Source of the DNA: Clostridium sp.
GTDB taxonomy: Bacteria > Bacillota > Clostridia > Clostridiales > Clostridiaceae
NCBI GenBank assembly: GCA_036657335.1
Contig: JAVXGR010000002.1
Coordinates: 956-64,955 of the forward strand
Reading direction: 5' to 3'
DNA: 64,000 nt
Shown: one piece after another, positions 63,407-64,000 of the stretch
How the letters are laid out: every line of letters starts with the position of its first letter
How positions within the stretch are numbered: position 1 is the first letter of the stretch
Made by a program: the position numbers and the translations under genes
Notes under the pieces: generated by a model
What the model saw: the letters and a program-made list of their open reading frames with translations, nothing else
The model's database searches: none
Told to the model about the DNA's origin: nothing

Positions 63407-63470
63407 TTTATTCTTTATTCTTTATTCTTTATATTCTAAATTCTACATTTTTAAATTCTACATTTTTAAA
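63407..63470. repeat. Short tandem repeats between convergent genes
   Basis: (TTTATTC)n array followed by TTCTACATTTTTAAA x2. Confidence 0.6.
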
Positions 63471-63471
63471 T

Positions 63472-64000
63472 TTATCTATATATGGCCTTTATAGGATCTA
63501 GTTTAGATGCATTATGTGCTGGTATAATACCAAATATGATACCTACTACAACAGAAGTAAGGGTTGCTCCAATGAAACTTCCTATTGTCATAATAGGTTC
63601 AAAGGGTAAAAATACACCAACTAGTTTTGAAGCAAGGTACCCCATTAGAATACCTATTAATCCACCTATACATGTAACTACTACGGATTCAAAAAGAAAT
63701 TGTAGTAATATGCTTTGTGGCTTTGCTCCAATGGCTCTCCTTATACCAATCTCTCTTTTCCTCTCTGTTACAGATACATACATTATATTCATAACTCCAA
63801 TACCACCTACAAGTAAAGATATACTAGAGACAAAAGCTATAAATGCAGTAATCCCACCTATTACTTCCTCGAAAATCTTAGTTACTTGTTGAGGATCTTC
63901 TACTATATATTCACCTTTTAAATCATTATGATTTTTCTCAAGTTGAGACTTTATCTCCAAAACAACATCCTCTTTATTTATACTTGGGTTAACAAAAATA
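63472..64000 (-). CDS. MacB/YknZ-like ABC permease, C-terminal part (start outside the window)
   Basis: LLVGGIGVMNIMYVSVTERKREIGIRRAIGA, QFLFES, PA..ASKLDPI. Confidence 0.92.
   Translation of the reverse strand, partial: IFVNPSINKEDVVLEIKSQLEKNHNDLKGEYIVEDPQQVTKIFEEVIGGITAFIAFVSSISLLVGGIGVMNIMYVSVTERKREIGIRRAIGAKPQSILLQFLFESVVVTCIGGLIGILMGYLASKLVGVFLPFEPIMTIGSFIGATLTSVVVGIIFGIIPAHNASKLDPIKAIYR

Overview
Low-GC (about 28%) chromosomal segment of a proteolytic, spore-forming Clostridium-like Firmicute. Most genes lie on the minus strand, apparently the leading strand. The left part (1-38.3 kb) carries an M9 collagenase (truncated by the window edge and absent from the ORF track), a ptb-like acyltransferase, an FMN alpha-hydroxy-acid dehydrogenase, an ABC exporter, B12-dependent ribonucleotide reductase nrdJ with tandem NrdR boxes, a panG-like/panBCD operon with a pan-motif-like leader, gapN, plsC, pckA, murT-gatD, clpB, two HTH-TPR regulators, a cobalamin riboswitch ahead of a YitT-family membrane protein, and a rhomboid protease. 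The right part (38.8-64 kb) is the conserved purR-spoVG-glmU-prs-TCS-htrA-like-pth-mfd-prsA-spoVT-yabM-mazG-hup-yabO-yabP-yabQ block, plus murC, tRNA-Pro, a CpIII-like [FeFe]-hydrogenase, yfcE, a HAD hydrolase and a partial ABC permease. The two blocks are joined at a roughly 450-bp non-autonomous IS200/IS605 element. It keeps an apparently complete IscB-type omegaRNA (HEARO-like) but only a 30-codon iscB remnant, and its guide would come from the 3' end of yabQ. Other notable signals: a 41-bp single-hairpin IS605-type mini-element with the same TTTAT motif, Shine-Dalgarno sequences separated from the start codon by hairpins (nrdJ, panC), an orphan promoter-terminator sRNA candidate followed by a decayed group IIC intron 5' end, and an HtrA-like protein lacking all three catalytic residues. 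All calls come from reading the sequence by eye; no database searches were run.
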